From Sulfolobus acidocaldarius DSM 639 (GTDB lineage Archaea; Thermoproteota; Thermoprotei_A; Sulfolobales; Sulfolobaceae): 32,000 nt of DNA. The DNA lies in the NCBI RefSeq assembly GCF_000012285.1, contig NC_007181.1:120001-152000 (forward strand), in the 5' to 3' direction. The notes beneath the pieces are model-generated. The model was not told the DNA's origin. It did not search any database and saw only the letters and a program-made list of their open reading frames with translations. Position 1 is the stretch's first letter. Each line of letters opens with the position of its first letter. Of this stretch, positions 18,161-30,559 are shown piece after piece. A program made the position numbers and the translations under genes.

Positions 18161-18312
18161 AGCATATTATTAATTTCTGAGTTAAAAATAATTTTGGTGA
18201 AGTACGTTTCCTTTTATTATAAAATTAAAGTAAAAGTAGATAGATGATTTTAAAATGGTAAAATTTAAAAAGTTTGAGATTTAAGTAAATTCTTAAGAGG
18301 GGAATAAAAATA

Positions 18313-18495
18313 ATGGATAAACTTGTTAAAGCGTCAGTATCTATAATAGTTGTATTACTAGGTGTATTCGTTTTCGTAAGTGGATTATTGGGTATTGTAA
18401 GGATAGCATCACCAGAGTTTCCTCCTTATTTAGGAATGCTATTAATGACAGTTGGGTCAATTAGCACCGCCTGTATACTCACGGAAAGAAAATAA
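18313..18495 (+). CDS. Small two-TM membrane protein (60 aa)
   Basis: Two hydrophobic helices; GAGGGG Shine-Dalgarno-like sequence (about 18296-18302) upstream of the ATG. Confidence 0.55.
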   Translation: MDKLVKASVSIIVVLLGVFVFVSGLLGIVRIASPEFPPYLGMLLMTVGSISTACILTERK

Positions 18496-18710
18496 GTTTT
18501 ACATCGAGGATATTTTTCAATCCTTACCATAAAACTTTGACCATCTCAAACTCATGTGGGGCGTTATTTTAGTTTGATTAATTTTTTATGACTAGAGGAA
18601 TATAGTTAAAGTTCTAGTTCACTCCTTCTTTAATTTTATTAGTGATCGACATGTATCTTAAAATCTTTACATCCGCAAGGTAAAAACATAAAAGGTAATA
18701 TGGTGGGTAC

Positions 18711-18804
<94 letters not shown>

Positions 18805-18855
18805 AATTACCAGAATTCATTTCCTAGATATGATTAAAATATTTTTCTCTCCTCA

Positions 18856-19191
18856 TTATTCATATTCACGCCATACCTTACCGCACTTAGTGCATTTATA
18901 AAATCTTGTAGCTGGTTCATCAGCACTCCTTGTTTGTAGTATCCAAAAGTACGCTTCATCATTTCCGCAAGAAGGACAGGATATTCCTCTAGTTAATTGC
19001 ACTCCTGTTTTTGGCATATCACTTTCTAACACAAGTGTCTTTTCCTTTGCAGAGTGCTTAATCACAGTTGTTATTTTAGCTTCTTTCTGATTCTCCGTGT
19101 CTATATATCCGCATTTAGAGCATTTGTATACGGTTTTACCATTCTCCTTTCTAGGCATCATCATAGAACCACATTTTGGACAGAACTTCAT
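18856..19191 (-). CDS. tfs: Transcription factor S (TFS, TFIIS/RPB9-like transcript cleavage factor)
   Basis: CPKCGSMMMPR...YKCSKCGY N-terminal zinc ribbon; CPSCGNDEAYFWILQTRSADEPATRFYKCTKCGKVWREY with acidic DE tip. Confidence 0.95.
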   Translation of the reverse strand: MKFCPKCGSMMMPRKENGKTVYKCSKCGYIDTENQKEAKITTVIKHSAKEKTLVLESDMPKTGVQLTRGISCPSCGNDEAYFWILQTRSADEPATRFYKCTKCGKVWREYE

Positions 19192-19217
19192 GACGTCTCA
19201 CCGGGCATAATAATAGT

Positions 19218-19466
19218 TTAAGTGCTAACGAGTTTATTTACTTTTCTTTTTATAGCTTTAACTATCGTTATGCATGTATCTTTTTCCTCTCCACTATCTA
19301 CAAAGATCTTTACTTCATCTTTAACTGGAGAATTTTCAAAGCTCTCTTTAAGCTTCTTCTCGTTCTCTTCAAATATTATTTTTTCGAGTATCTTTCCTCT
19401 GAATATGCATAAAGCGTAAAGGTCATCCTGATTAGCGATAACTGCTTTCCTTGTTTCTTTTTTCAA
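19218..19466 (-). CDS. Conserved hypothetical protein (82 aa) between rpo11 and tfs
   Basis: Start overlaps the rpo11 stop by 4 nt, no recognised domain; gene order argues it is real. Confidence 0.6.
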   Translation of the reverse strand: MKKETRKAVIANQDDLYALCIFRGKILEKIIFEENEKKLKESFENSPVKDEVKIFVDSGEEKDTCITIVKAIKRKVNKLVST

Positions 19467-19735
19467 ATTTTTTTCACTTCATCTATGAATAGATTGGCAT
19501 AGTTTTCAGCCAACTCTATTGCTTTAATTAATGCCTCCCTTGCTGATATACTTCCATCGGTCAAGATCTTAATCGTTATACTAGTTATAAGTGGATGAGG
19601 CAAGGAATAGGCAGCAAATTTCACTCCTGGTACCTTCAAAAGCATTCCCTTAAGTAAGTTGCCTATTGTGTGTTCCTCTCCGTCTATTTGTAATTCTAAA
19701 TAATTTTGTTCCTCTTTTATTACTTTAATTTCCAC
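19463..19735 (-). CDS. rpoL: DNA-directed RNA polymerase subunit Rpo11 (RpoL)
   Basis: EEHTIGNLLKGMLLKVPGVKFAAYSLPHPL...DGSISAREALIKAIELAENY, archaeal RpoL motif. Confidence 0.95.
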   Translation of the reverse strand: MEIKVIKEEQNYLELQIDGEEHTIGNLLKGMLLKVPGVKFAAYSLPHPLITSITIKILTDGSISAREALIKAIELAENYANLFIDEVKKI

Positions 19736-20291
19736 CTTTCTTCACCGTAAATGCCAGTTTTCTTGTCTCAATATTTCCACAGTCTGGGCATTTTAAATGT
19801 TCTTCGTCTTGCCTCTGTAAGGGACTTCCACAGATTGAGCACTTAGCAGAGATCACTCCCAAGTCTCTCTGTTTGATCGTTAAAGGAACCGGAATAATGT
19901 AGTTTATTGGTTTAGCTCTTATGATATCACCAACTCTCATGGCATCTGAAATAGTGTTCAGATACTTGCTAGATATTTGTGAGATGTGTATGTAACCGCT
20001 CAGGGTAGTTACTAATGACTTATCCTCTAAACTCTGAATGTTAATTATAGCTGAATCCTCTTTAATTCCTACCACTATTCCAAGAACATATTTACTCTTC
20101 TTTAGTGATAGAATACCCGGTTTTTTGAATCCAATGGAGTTAACTTTCCTGTTTATCATATCATAGAAAGCTTTACCTACAACGCTTGAGTAAACGGTAC
20201 CATTAAACTCATAAGTTCCTTCACCGGTTGTGAACTCCTCAATTACACTCAGTTCCTCTCCTGGCAAAAGCAATTCTCCTTGATTCTTCAA
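19725..20291 (-). CDS. csl4: Exosome complex RNA-binding subunit Csl4
   Basis: N-terminal GELLLPGEELSVIEEFTTGEGTYEFNGTVYSSVVG, S1-like domain, C-terminal zinc ribbon CSICGSPLQ...LKCPDCGNIETRKLA. Confidence 0.92.
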   Translation of the reverse strand: MKNQGELLLPGEELSVIEEFTTGEGTYEFNGTVYSSVVGKAFYDMINRKVNSIGFKKPGILSLKKSKYVLGIVVGIKEDSAIINIQSLEDKSLVTTLSGYIHISQISSKYLNTISDAMRVGDIIRAKPINYIIPVPLTIKQRDLGVISAKCSICGSPLQRQDEEHLKCPDCGNIETRKLAFTVKKGGN

Positions 20292-20297
20292 GTTTCT

Positions 20298-21298
20298 TCA
20301 CCACGGAAATATATACTCATCCAACTTACTAAAAATTATCATTTTTGCTTCTCCCGGTGTGAGAACAGGCTTTTCATATTCAAAAAGATCATCTATGGGC
20401 AGTCTAGGGCAGGAGGTAACTATGAAACTATCTATTTCAGGGTTATCTATATTTCTGAGGGCATCAACGTTAAGGCTTCTATTAGTTATTATGAAAACCT
20501 TGTACCCCTTTTCCTCCAGTTTCTTTTGAAGATATTTCACCATTAAAGGTCTATTTTGCCCTGTCTTAACTCCCTGTATTATAGCCCAATTTCTCGAGTC
20601 TAAGGCTTTCATTATTTTTCCGTATCTGATCTTGAGAATCCTATAAACTTCATCTGTAAGATCTTCATTTTTACTTGTATAAGGATCTAATTTGACTATT
20701 GGTTTCCTTGTCGTCAGACCTACACCTAAAGCGTGAAACACTCCCCCTGAAACGTTTACATAAACGTCTGCACTTGAGTTCACTACTGCCTTATAATCGC
20801 AACCTAATATCTGTCCATCGTGCATGAATGGAGACGAGGGTTTACCAATAATAACGTTAAACTGTGACTGCATCTTTTCTTTAATCTTTGGAAGTAGGTG
20901 AGAGTGTTGGATTGTCGACGATAACGAAACTGTTCTTGGATTATACTTCTCGTTAATGTATTGAATAAGTTTCTCTATTTGCTCCTCCTCTACATTTAAC
21001 TTACTTTTCAATTCAATGAACAATGTTGGAAATTTAGGGTAATACCAAGTATAAGGAGTATGTCCAAAATGTATAATTAAGTCTACTCCTAATGTTCTAG
21101 CCTCGTCTTCAGCGACATCACAAGCTCCCCAGCTAGCATCTGAGGAGATTACGAACTCTATATCCTTTGCTGTTTCTCTTAATCTTTCCAGAAGACCTAT
21201 AGAAAAAGGTTTTATACCTTCAGGGAATTGGAGCAGAACTTTCTTAGCACTTCTTTTACGTATTTCTTCAATTATCTTATCTACTTCAAAATCATAAC

Positions 21299-21302
<4 letters not shown>
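20298..21302 (-). CDS. dph2: Diphthamide biosynthesis 2-(3-amino-3-carboxypropyl)histidine synthase (Dph1/Dph2 family)
   Basis: [59 protein letters not shown] motifs including the conserved cysteines. Confidence 0.92.
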
Positions 21303-21829
<527 letters not shown>

Positions 21830-21859
21830 ATGTAGATGTATATGACAAAGTTTAAAATC

Positions 21860-22120
21860 TTAACTACTGCTCTTTCCTACCTCTTTTAATGTCTTCTCAA
21901 TCGCATTAATGTGTTGTAGAATCTCGTCAATAGTATTTCTTAGGGTCAAAACATCCCTAGGATCCTTAATAGGCATTTCAACTTCTAGTGTTAAACTCTC
22001 TTTGTCTGAATGAAGATTTATTTGCATATCTCTGGGTAAATCTACGTTATCCACTTCTAAGCTTTTCATAATGATTTTACTAGCTTCAGTGGAAATCTTA
22101 ACTGAAATCTTTATTTTCAA
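21860..22120 (-). CDS. KEOPS subunit Pcc1-like protein
   Basis: 86 aa; small beta/alpha pattern with L-R-x-x-x-N near C-terminal helix (DVLTLRNTIDEILQHINAIEKTLKEV), as in Pcc1; position near Rpl10e/Dph2. Confidence 0.65.
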   Translation of the reverse strand: MKIKISVKISTEASKIIMKSLEVDNVDLPRDMQINLHSDKESLTLEVEMPIKDPRDVLTLRNTIDEILQHINAIEKTLKEVGKSSS

Positions 22121-23135
22121 CTTTTATCAATCCCTCTTTTGAGGAATAAGGCATAAAATATCTACTTGTATACATTATTTCGCCATTTTTAAGTACAACA
22201 GGCTTGTCCCTCTTAACTTTACCTTGTTGAGAGTAGATAATATACGCAAGCAACGGCGACTTCAGGTCAGTGCTTATAAGATAATACCTACTAAAGTCCA
22301 CTATACTGTCAACTCTATATCCTCTTGCCATCTCGTCTCTGAATCTTGTAATTAAGGTCTCACTGTAACTAGGTGTCATAACTACCTGAAAAAGCTCCCC
22401 TACACCTTTCAAATCAAGGAAATACATAGCGGAAAAGGCTAGCTCTAGCGAATCATAATCCATGTACAAAATCCTATCCGTGATCAGATCATTTCTAGAA
22501 AATTTCGGATTTACTTTAATTACGCTATTAGTTATTTTGTAAAGCAATGTGTTTAGCTTTGTCTCATTGATTTCCTCTAGTCTCTCAGTTTCGTTAATTC
22601 CTATCTCCTTCAAGGCTTTTATTGTGCCTTCCCTGTTTCCACTCATTCCTGGTATATAGGGATCAAAGGATATGGTAAGGGAGAAGAATAGAGGCAAGTT
22701 TTTATAGTTAGGGATCTTAAGGTTCTTCTCTACTGAAACTCCTAAATTTTTCATGTCTTCGATCACGCTCTTCTCCACATTAGTAAGTTCCCGTCTTTCA
22801 ACTATTAATGACGACACAATACCTATAATCATTGGAAGTAAGTCCTCAGAAGATAAGGGGAATATAGATGAAAAGGATGTGCTTCCTAGGAAGTATGTTT
22901 TATCTTTAAATTTTATTAGTCTATCTCCGTTTGAGTTTTGTTCTAACTTTACTGGACACTCTGAGTTAAATGTCAACATGAAACTTGAATGAGCATATTT
23001 TCCTAATAGAAAGGACGCTATTAAAGAGTCAATTGTATAAGATGATTTCACGCATAAAGGCTTAGGATAGGATATTATCTCACTAACTAAGTTTCTAAGT
23101 TCCTCCTTGGAGGGCTCATTTAAGAAACTTTCCAA
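22098..23135 (-). CDS. DHH/RecJ-superfamily-like protein lacking the catalytic motifs; possible RecJdbh (GINS-associated) homologue
   Basis: N-terminal VKSSYTIDSLIASFLLGKY looks like a degenerate DHH motif I. Product is inferred from fold pattern and context, not from diagnostic residues. Confidence 0.5.
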   Translation of the reverse strand: MESFLNEPSKEELRNLVSEIISYPKPLCVKSSYTIDSLIASFLLGKYAHSSFMLTFNSECPVKLEQNSNGDRLIKFKDKTYFLGSTSFSSIFPLSSEDLLPMIIGIVSSLIVERRELTNVEKSVIEDMKNLGVSVEKNLKIPNYKNLPLFFSLTISFDPYIPGMSGNREGTIKALKEIGINETERLEEINETKLNTLLYKITNSVIKVNPKFSRNDLITDRILYMDYDSLELAFSAMYFLDLKGVGELFQVVMTPSYSETLITRFRDEMARGYRVDSIVDFSRYYLISTDLKSPLLAYIIYSQQGKVKRDKPVVLKNGEIMYTSRYFMPYSSKEGLIKVENKDFS

Positions 23136-24070
23136 ACTTCCTTCACCTTCTCTCTTAGCTCCGAGAATTTTATATCATTTACAAAAATTAGCCCTAACGA
23201 ATAAGCTATTAGTTCAAGTATTCTTACAACTAGGACTAAACTGGGAGGGATAATTGCGGTAAGGGCTAATTCTGCGGCTCCTGCTGCAGAGGGAATAGGT
23301 ACTAATAAGGATACTTGGTAAGTAATGTTTATTATTATAGATTTAAGATAAGAACTAAATATGAGATAAAATGGTAAGGACTGTAATATATAACCTATAA
23401 CGGTCAAAGCAGAGTAAAAGGACGCCATTTTCACGTTAGAAAGTCTATCTTTAATAAGCCACTTACTATCTAAGTAAGCTCTTTCCAAAGGCTTAATGTA
23501 CTTAAATGTGAATATCTTTTGTTCTAGCCTGTTCAACGTTTCGTGAGAGGTTCCATAAACGTAACCAAAGCCTGCTATCCACATTGCTACGTTAAAAAAA
23601 GCAACGAAAACGAATATAGTTAATAGTGGAGAGAACCTAAGCCAAAATAATATTAAGAACATCACTGAAACTACTGTGACATCAAAAAAGGACTCTATTA
23701 GCGAGATTGAAAATGCTTTGTCCAATGAGATACCTTTTTTTGTGTATAGTATAGCTCTAGCTAAATCGGGTCCTGCTGCGCCAGGAATAATGAGGCTTAT
23801 TCCATTACCGAACAATCTTGCCTTAAAGGAAGTGAAGAAGTTTACCTTAGAAATCATTGAATCTCTATACGCTAATATGAGGCATTGCGTAATATAAGAT
23901 AGGAAAAAAAGTACAACAAAAACTGGATCCATAGATAGAAATACATCGATGAGATCAATTTTGAATATAAGGGCATATCCAATGATCACTGCAATAGGCA
24001 GAACAGCAACTATTACTAATTTTCTTTCCACAACTAGATTATCTATTAGACTTTTTAAAGCATTTTCCAC
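23120..24070 (-). CDS. Polytopic membrane protein, lysylphosphatidylglycerol synthase TM region / UPF0104-like
   Basis: About 8 TM helices; GNGISLIIPGAAGPDLARAILYTKKGISLDKAFSISLIESFFDV and LVPIPSAAGAAELALTAI motifs. Confidence 0.85.
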   Translation of the reverse strand: MENALKSLIDNLVVERKLVIVAVLPIAVIIGYALIFKIDLIDVFLSMDPVFVVLFFLSYITQCLILAYRDSMISKVNFFTSFKARLFGNGISLIIPGAAGPDLARAILYTKKGISLDKAFSISLIESFFDVTVVSVMFLILFWLRFSPLLTIFVFVAFFNVAMWIAGFGYVYGTSHETLNRLEQKIFTFKYIKPLERAYLDSKWLIKDRLSNVKMASFYSALTVIGYILQSLPFYLIFSSYLKSIIINITYQVSLLVPIPSAAGAAELALTAIIPPSLVLVVRILELIAYSLGLIFVNDIKFSELREKVKEVWKVS

Positions 24071-24923
24071 TGGGGTAACAAATTACTAGATTTCCGTTTT
24101 CTTCATCTCTAACTAGAAACTCATGACTTTCTATGTCTAATCTGCTCAATCCGCATGAGGGTTGTTTCATTCTTCCATCTAGAAAGTCAAACCTTTCTAA
24201 GGAACATGTAGGGCATTTATCGTTCTTACTTATTTTCACATTGTCTATCCTAAGCTCTCTGGTGTCTAAATAGTACAAAGAGTGTAAATTAGCTTGGTTT
24301 CTCAGGTGGTTTAACATTAACTGAACCTGAAGGGAAGCAGTTATGGAAATTACCGTATCAAGTGTTCCTATAGTTTCACACGCATTTACTTCGTTCTCAT
24401 GTTCGTCGTAGTTCATAAAGCATCTTAAACAGGGTCCTTCTCTAGGTACTATCAGCATTACCGAAGAGTACTCTCCCATTACCCCGCCGTAAACTAGTGG
24501 AATTCTCAGTTTCACTGCTACATCATTTAGCAAAAATCTGTAGTACAAATTATCCAGTGCATCAAATATATAATCACTATCCTTGAGCATCTCTTCGGCA
24601 TTATTTGAATCTATTATATCATTAACGACCTCAACTTTAATTCCTGAGTTAATTTTCCTTATTTTTTCTGCACATACAGTAGCTTTAGGTTTCCCAATAT
24701 CACTCTCCTCGAACAAGTGAGTTCTGTGAAGATTGGTTACCTCCACTATATCAGCATCGATAAGCTTGATTTTTCCCACGCCCAGTCTGGCTAATAGTTC
24801 GGCTAGAGTAGTACCTAAGGCTCCACAGCCTACTATTGCTATTTTAAGCTGGCTTATCTTTTCCTGAACTCCAAGTCCCAATACAAGTAATTGTCTAGCA
24901 TATCTTTCCATTAGCTTAGTCAC
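24039..24923 (-). CDS. E1-like (ThiF/MoeB/UbaA) adenylyltransferase
   Basis: RYARQLLVLGLGVQEKISQLKIAIVGCGALGTTLAELLARLGVGKIKLIDAD, TNLHRTHLF, two CxxC zinc-binding pairs (PCLRCF ... CPTCSL). Confidence 0.93.
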   Translation of the reverse strand: MTKLMERYARQLLVLGLGVQEKISQLKIAIVGCGALGTTLAELLARLGVGKIKLIDADIVEVTNLHRTHLFEESDIGKPKATVCAEKIRKINSGIKVEVVNDIIDSNNAEEMLKDSDYIFDALDNLYYRFLLNDVAVKLRIPLVYGGVMGEYSSVMLIVPREGPCLRCFMNYDEHENEVNACETIGTLDTVISITASLQVQLMLNHLRNQANLHSLYYLDTRELRIDNVKISKNDKCPTCSLERFDFLDGRMKQPSCGLSRLDIESHEFLVRDEENGNLVICYPSGKCFKKSNR

Positions 24924-24975
24924 TATAAAGCTTATAACTGAGTAGTATAAATTCTGTTGGGGGCTAGATTTTGCG

Positions 24976-25786
<811 letters not shown>

Positions 25787-25794
<8 letters not shown>

Positions 25795-26704
25795 TACATT
25801 CGGCAAATTACTAGTGGAAATGGGAGAGAAGCTAAAGGACATAGTGGTAATAACTGCTGATGTGGGCGACTCAAGCAGAGCATCCTATTTCAAGGAGAAA
25901 TTTCCTGACAGGTACTTTAATGTTGGTATCTCAGAGCAGGACATGATAGACTTTGCAGCAGGTCTTTCAGCAACTGGATTTAAGCCAGTTGTAGTTGATT
26001 TTGCAATGTTTTTAATGAGAGCATGGGAGCAGATTAGGAATGCTGTAGCTAGGATGAACTTGGATGTGAAGTTTGTGGTTACGCATTCAGGGTATAGTGA
26101 TAGTGGTGACGGATCAAGTCATCAATGCTTAGAAGATATATCCTTAATGAGAGTATTACCCAATATGAAGGTAATAATACCTGCAGACCCAGCAGATATA
26201 AGGAGAAGTTTTCCCGTGATAATGGAAGAACTAAGAGGACCATTATACTATAGAGTCGGAAGGGAGTATTCACCGTCAATCACTGATGGTTTAGAATATG
26301 ATTTCAAGTTAGGCAAAGCTTACGTGCTTAAGGAAGGAGATGACGTTGCAATAATGGGTGCGGGAGTAGTCCTTTGGGACGCATTAAGGGCTGCAGAGGA
26401 ACTTGAAAAGAAGGGAATAAGTGCGTCAGTGATCAACCTATTATCAATAAAACCAATCGATGAGCAGACCATAGAATATTATGCTAGAAAAACAGGAAGG
26501 ATTGTCACTATTGAGGAGCATAGTATCTATGGAGGCATAGGCTCTGCAGTGTCTGAGGTGGTGGTTAAGAGATACCCGGTTCCTATGAGGTTTGTAGGGG
26601 CTACTGGTTTTGGAAGGAGTGCGAGGAGTCAGAGAGACTTACTGGACTTTTACGGAATAAATTACAAATCGATAATAAGTTCTGTAATGGAGTTGTTGAA
26701 ATGA
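25787..26704 (+). CDS. Transketolase C-terminal subunit
   Basis: [44 protein letters not shown]; track gives 25763, but ATG 25787 overlapping the upstream stop (ATGCGTGA) is a likely start. Confidence 0.92.
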
Positions 26705-27726
26705 ATGAACTAGAAGAGTTGAGAAAAGAAATAGAGGAGATAGATAGTCAAATTTTAAATTTAATCGCAAAAAGGCTCCAAGTTTCTTCTATGATAGGAG
26801 AGATTAAAGGTAAGATGGGTTTTAACGTTACGGATGAGAAGAGGGAGGAATATGTTAAGGAATATTGGACTGAGAAGGGTAGAAGGCTAGGAATTCCAGA
26901 ATCTTTAGTCTCATCTGTTCTCACTAACCTAATTTCCTACTCAAAGATGTTTCAAGTTAAAGACTCGAAGAAGAGAAGAGTTACAATAATAGGATATGGT
27001 GGAATGGCAAGATCCTTGTCATCTCTCTTTCATCTTTCTGGTCATAATGTGGTAATTACAGGCAGAGATAAGAGAAAGGCTGAGAGACTTGCAAATGAAT
27101 TTAAGTTTGTCTATATGGAAGAAAAGAGTGCACTGGACTGGAGTGAATATGTTATACTTTCGATTAGTCCCAGTGGACTGGACTATGCAGAGAGTGTTTT
27201 AAAATATGCTAAAGAAAAAGTTGTGATGGATATTTTTTCTACTAAATCTAATACATTTCGAAAACTTCAGACCCTATCTGAACAGTTCTCTTTTGAGTAT
27301 ATTTCAACTCATCCTCTTTTTGGTCCTATTTTATATCCTGTAGGGGAGAGAATAGCTGTGATACCCTCCCAGAAATCCACGAGAACACAGGAGGTTATAG
27401 AGTTTTGGAGAAAGTGTGGTTTAGTACCTGTCTTGACTACTCCAGAAGAACATGACAAAGTCATGGCTATAGTCCAAGTTTTGGCTCATTTCTACATGTT
27501 AGGTCTGTTACGAAGCTCAAACACGTTAAAGAAGGAGTTGGAAGTCGGTAATAAGATAGATGAATTACAGACTACGAATTTTAGAGAGATAAGTAAGATA
27601 TTAGATAGAATCAACTCCTTACTCCCCGTTATTTTGGAAATTCAGAAGGATAATCCTTATGCCCATAAGGTAAGAGATTTAGGTATGAGAGAACTTCAAG
27701 ATGTTTTGAAAAGTCTAGGTGAGTGA
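26701..27726 (+). CDS. tyrA: Fused chorismate mutase (AroQ) and prephenate dehydrogenase (TyrA)
   Basis: N-terminal [33 protein letters not shown] (AroQ) followed by [30 protein letters not shown] and [11 protein letters not shown] (TyrA). ATGA overlap with upstream gene. Confidence 0.93.
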   Translation: MNELEELRKEIEEIDSQILNLIAKRLQVSSMIGEIKGKMGFNVTDEKREEYVKEYWTEKGRRLGIPESLVSSVLTNLISYSKMFQVKDSKKRRVTIIGYGGMARSLSSLFHLSGHNVVITGRDKRKAERLANEFKFVYMEEKSALDWSEYVILSISPSGLDYAESVLKYAKEKVVMDIFSTKSNTFRKLQTLSEQFSFEYISTHPLFGPILYPVGERIAVIPSQKSTRTQEVIEFWRKCGLVPVLTTPEEHDKVMAIVQVLAHFYMLGLLRSSNTLKKELEVGNKIDELQTTNFREISKILDRINSLLPVILEIQKDNPYAHKVRDLGMRELQDVLKSLGE

Positions 27727-27729
27727 AAC

Positions 27730-28722
27730 ATGCTCCTAATTCTTAAACAAAACGCAAATTACTCTTCCTTAAAAGAAAAACTAAATAATTCGTCTGCTTC
27801 ATATAAGTTTCTTGATCTATACGGTAAAAAACTTGTAGTTACCTGGCCTGATACTTATGTAGAAAACATAAAGGACGAGAGTATAGAGATTGCTGTTAAA
27901 AGTAAGCGTCAATTTCCTCTAGTGAGCAATGAATGGAAAAAAGATCCCACTATTGTTAAAGTCAAGGATGTAGAAATAGGTGGGGACAGGTTAGTTGTTG
28001 CTGCAGGACCATGCGCAGTTGAAGATGAGGAACAAGTATTAACTGTTGCCAAGGCTGCCAAAAGAGCTGGAGCAAAACTTCTGAGAGGAGGTGCTCTAAA
28101 GCCCAGAACCAGTCCCTATTCATTTCAAGGACTAGGGGAGAGAGGGTTAGAGATACTCAGAAAGGTAGGAGACCAAGTTGGACTCCCTGTAGTTTCAGAG
28201 ATAATGGATACTAGGCAAATAGACATGTTCAAAAAGTATGCTGATATGCTCCAGATCGGTGCTAGGAATGGTCAGAACTTCGATTTACTTAAGGAAGCTG
28301 GGAAATCTGGGATGCCAGTATTATTGAAGAGGGGTTTAGGCAACACGGTAGATGAGTGGTTACTAGCAGCTGAGTATTTACTTTTGGAGGGTAATGGTAA
28401 CGTGGTATTGTGTGAAAGAGGGATTAGGACATTTGAAAAGGCTACGAGATTCACTATGGATATAGGAGGGATGATAGCAGCAAAATTACAAACTCATTTA
28501 CCCATATGTGCAGATCCAAGTCACCCAGCAGGTAAAAGAGAATTAGTTCATTCCCTTGCTTTAGCTGCTGTTGCTGCTGGTGCAGATATGTTATTAATTG
28601 AAGTTCATCCAAATCCCGAGAAGGCACTTAGCGATTCAGAGCAACAATTAACACCAGACTCATTTGAACTACTAATGAATAGGATAAGAGCTTTAGCTAA
28701 TGTTTTAGGTAGAAAGGTATGA
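27730..28722 (+). CDS. aroG: 3-deoxy-7-phosphoheptulonate (DAHP) synthase, KDO8PS-like class
   Basis: [74 protein letters not shown]. Confidence 0.94.
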   Translation: MLLILKQNANYSSLKEKLNNSSASYKFLDLYGKKLVVTWPDTYVENIKDESIEIAVKSKRQFPLVSNEWKKDPTIVKVKDVEIGGDRLVVAAGPCAVEDEEQVLTVAKAAKRAGAKLLRGGALKPRTSPYSFQGLGERGLEILRKVGDQVGLPVVSEIMDTRQIDMFKKYADMLQIGARNGQNFDLLKEAGKSGMPVLLKRGLGNTVDEWLLAAEYLLLEGNGNVVLCERGIRTFEKATRFTMDIGGMIAAKLQTHLPICADPSHPAGKRELVHSLALAAVAAGADMLLIEVHPNPEKALSDSEQQLTPDSFELLMNRIRALANVLGRKV

Positions 28723-29780
28723 TAAGATTTAGTGAGAGTATTACCTCTCAACAGGATATAGATGTAGTAGTTGGAGAAAACGCATTAAGTTATCTGAGAG
28801 AAATACAAAATAAAAAAGCCATATTTTACTCAAGTAGCGTGAACATAGATTTTATTAAACCTCATCTTGAGGGAGAATACACCCTTGTTCCCATAAAGGA
28901 CGGAGAGGAAGCAAAGGATATCCAGTATTCACTTGAGCTCCTAAAGGTTCTATTTGATGGAGGTTTTGATAGAGGGGACTATGTAATTGCAATTGGTGGA
29001 GGGTCTGTAACGGATACTGTTGGTTTTATAGCCTCCACGTATATGAGAGGCTTAAATCTAATCAATGTTCCCACCACCCTTCTTGGAATGGTTGATGCTG
29101 GAATAGGTGGAAAGAACGGAGTCAATTTTGGGAGAATTAAAAACATCATCGGAACTTTCTATCAGCCTAGAGCAATTATTGCAGACTTGAGGTTTTTAAT
29201 ATCATTACCCTCAGAGGAGGTTAGGAAAGGTCTAGCTGAGGTCATAAAATATGGTTTAGTGTTAGATAAAGAATTATATGACTTCCTCGCCCTAAATAAG
29301 AATTCAGTGTTAAGCAAAGACCCTGAGTCGTTGGAGTATGTTGTACAGAGATCCATACAGGACAAGCTGAGTGTGGTTAAGGAAGATGAGAGGGAGACAA
29401 AGGGAGTTAGAATAGTTTTGAACTTTGGTCATACTATTGGGCATGCTATTGAAGCTGGATCAGGATTTAGTATACCTCACGGTTATGCAATATCTGTGGG
29501 TATGGTCTGCGAGGCTAAAATAGCTGAGGAGATGGGTTATTCCGAGGAAGGAGTAGTTGAAGATACTGTGTGGATACTTTCGCATTACAACTTGCCAATT
29601 AGTATTGATGAGCTGTCCTCTAAGATTGACCTCAAAGAGGCTTTATTTGCACTATCAAAGGATAAGAAAGTGAGAAATGGAGTACTATTGATGCCCTTTC
29701 CCACAAGGATAGGAGATTGGAAAAGAGTTGAAGTACCAATTGAGACTTTAAAAGGGTTTGCTGAACAATGCTTAAAATAA
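28719..29780 (+). CDS. aroB: 3-dehydroquinate synthase
   Basis: [75 protein letters not shown]. Confidence 0.96.
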   Translation: MIRFSESITSQQDIDVVVGENALSYLREIQNKKAIFYSSSVNIDFIKPHLEGEYTLVPIKDGEEAKDIQYSLELLKVLFDGGFDRGDYVIAIGGGSVTDTVGFIASTYMRGLNLINVPTTLLGMVDAGIGGKNGVNFGRIKNIIGTFYQPRAIIADLRFLISLPSEEVRKGLAEVIKYGLVLDKELYDFLALNKNSVLSKDPESLEYVVQRSIQDKLSVVKEDERETKGVRIVLNFGHTIGHAIEAGSGFSIPHGYAISVGMVCEAKIAEEMGYSEEGVVEDTVWILSHYNLPISIDELSSKIDLKEALFALSKDKKVRNGVLLMPFPTRIGDWKRVEVPIETLKGFAEQCLK

Positions 29781-30559
29781 ATAATGATACAAAACTTTTT
29801 GGAGTCTTAGGAGAAAACATACCATATACCTTATCTCCAGCTATACATAACTATGCATTTCAAAGGTTAGGAATTAATGCAGTTTACCTGAGATTTGATG
29901 TAAGAAGGGATAAATTTCACTCCATAATAATAGGACTATTGAATATAGCTTCCGGCTTGAATGTTACAATACCTTATAAAGAGGACGTAGTTAAGTATCT
30001 CTATGGCGTTTCTGAGGAGGCTAGAGTCATTGGAGCTGTGAACACTATTCATAACCTAAATGGTTACAATACTGACTACATAGCCATTTACAATTTGATA
30101 AAGGAGAAGCTAATTGATAAACCTTCAATATGCACAGTTTTTGGAGCTGGTGGTGCAGGGAGGGCTAGTATATACGCATTATTGAAATTAGGCTGTGAGG
30201 TTTATGTAATAAATAGATCATTAGAAAGGGCTCAATCCCTAGAGAAAGATTTTAAAGAATTTGGTTATGATATTAAGATAATTTCTTCCTGTAAACCTGG
30301 AGATATAATAGTTAACGCTACTCCAAATTCTAGTTACGTTCCAGACGAATGCATAAAGGGAAAACTTGTTGTAGATCTAGTTTATAATCCTGTAAAGACT
30401 CCACTTATATTAAAGGCTGAAAAAACAGGTATAAGATCAATAAATGGTCTAGAGATTTTGGTACGTCAGGCAATGGAGGCTGAAAGGATTTGGTTTGGTA
30501 AATCGTTAAGTGATGAAGAGGTGGTGAAGTTCTTATATGCCAGGAAACTCGTTAGGTAA
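29768..30559 (+). CDS. aroE: Shikimate 5-dehydrogenase
   Basis: [63 protein letters not shown]. Confidence 0.95.
   Translation: MLKINNDTKLFGVLGENIPYTLSPAIHNYAFQRLGINAVYLRFDVRRDKFHSIIIGLLNIASGLNVTIPYKEDVVKYLYGVSEEARVIGAVNTIHNLNGYNTDYIAIYNLIKEKLIDKPSICTVFGAGGAGRASIYALLKLGCEVYVINRSLERAQSLEKDFKEFGYDIKIISSCKPGDIIVNATPNSSYVPDECIKGKLVVDLVYNPVKTPLILKAEKTGIRSINGLEILVRQAMEAERIWFGKSLSDEEVVKFLYARKLVR

Noticed and set aside
20280-20546. 88-aa plus-strand ORF
   Set aside because: Antisense to dph2/csl4 junction; no plausible domain or promoter.
29632-29820. 62-aa minus-strand ORF and the similar short ones at 28272, 29162, 26079, 22753, 21351/21364, 19222, 16345, 16060, 15409, 11880, 11319, 10920, 8897, 3530
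   Set aside because: Short shadow ORFs lying opposite well-supported genes.
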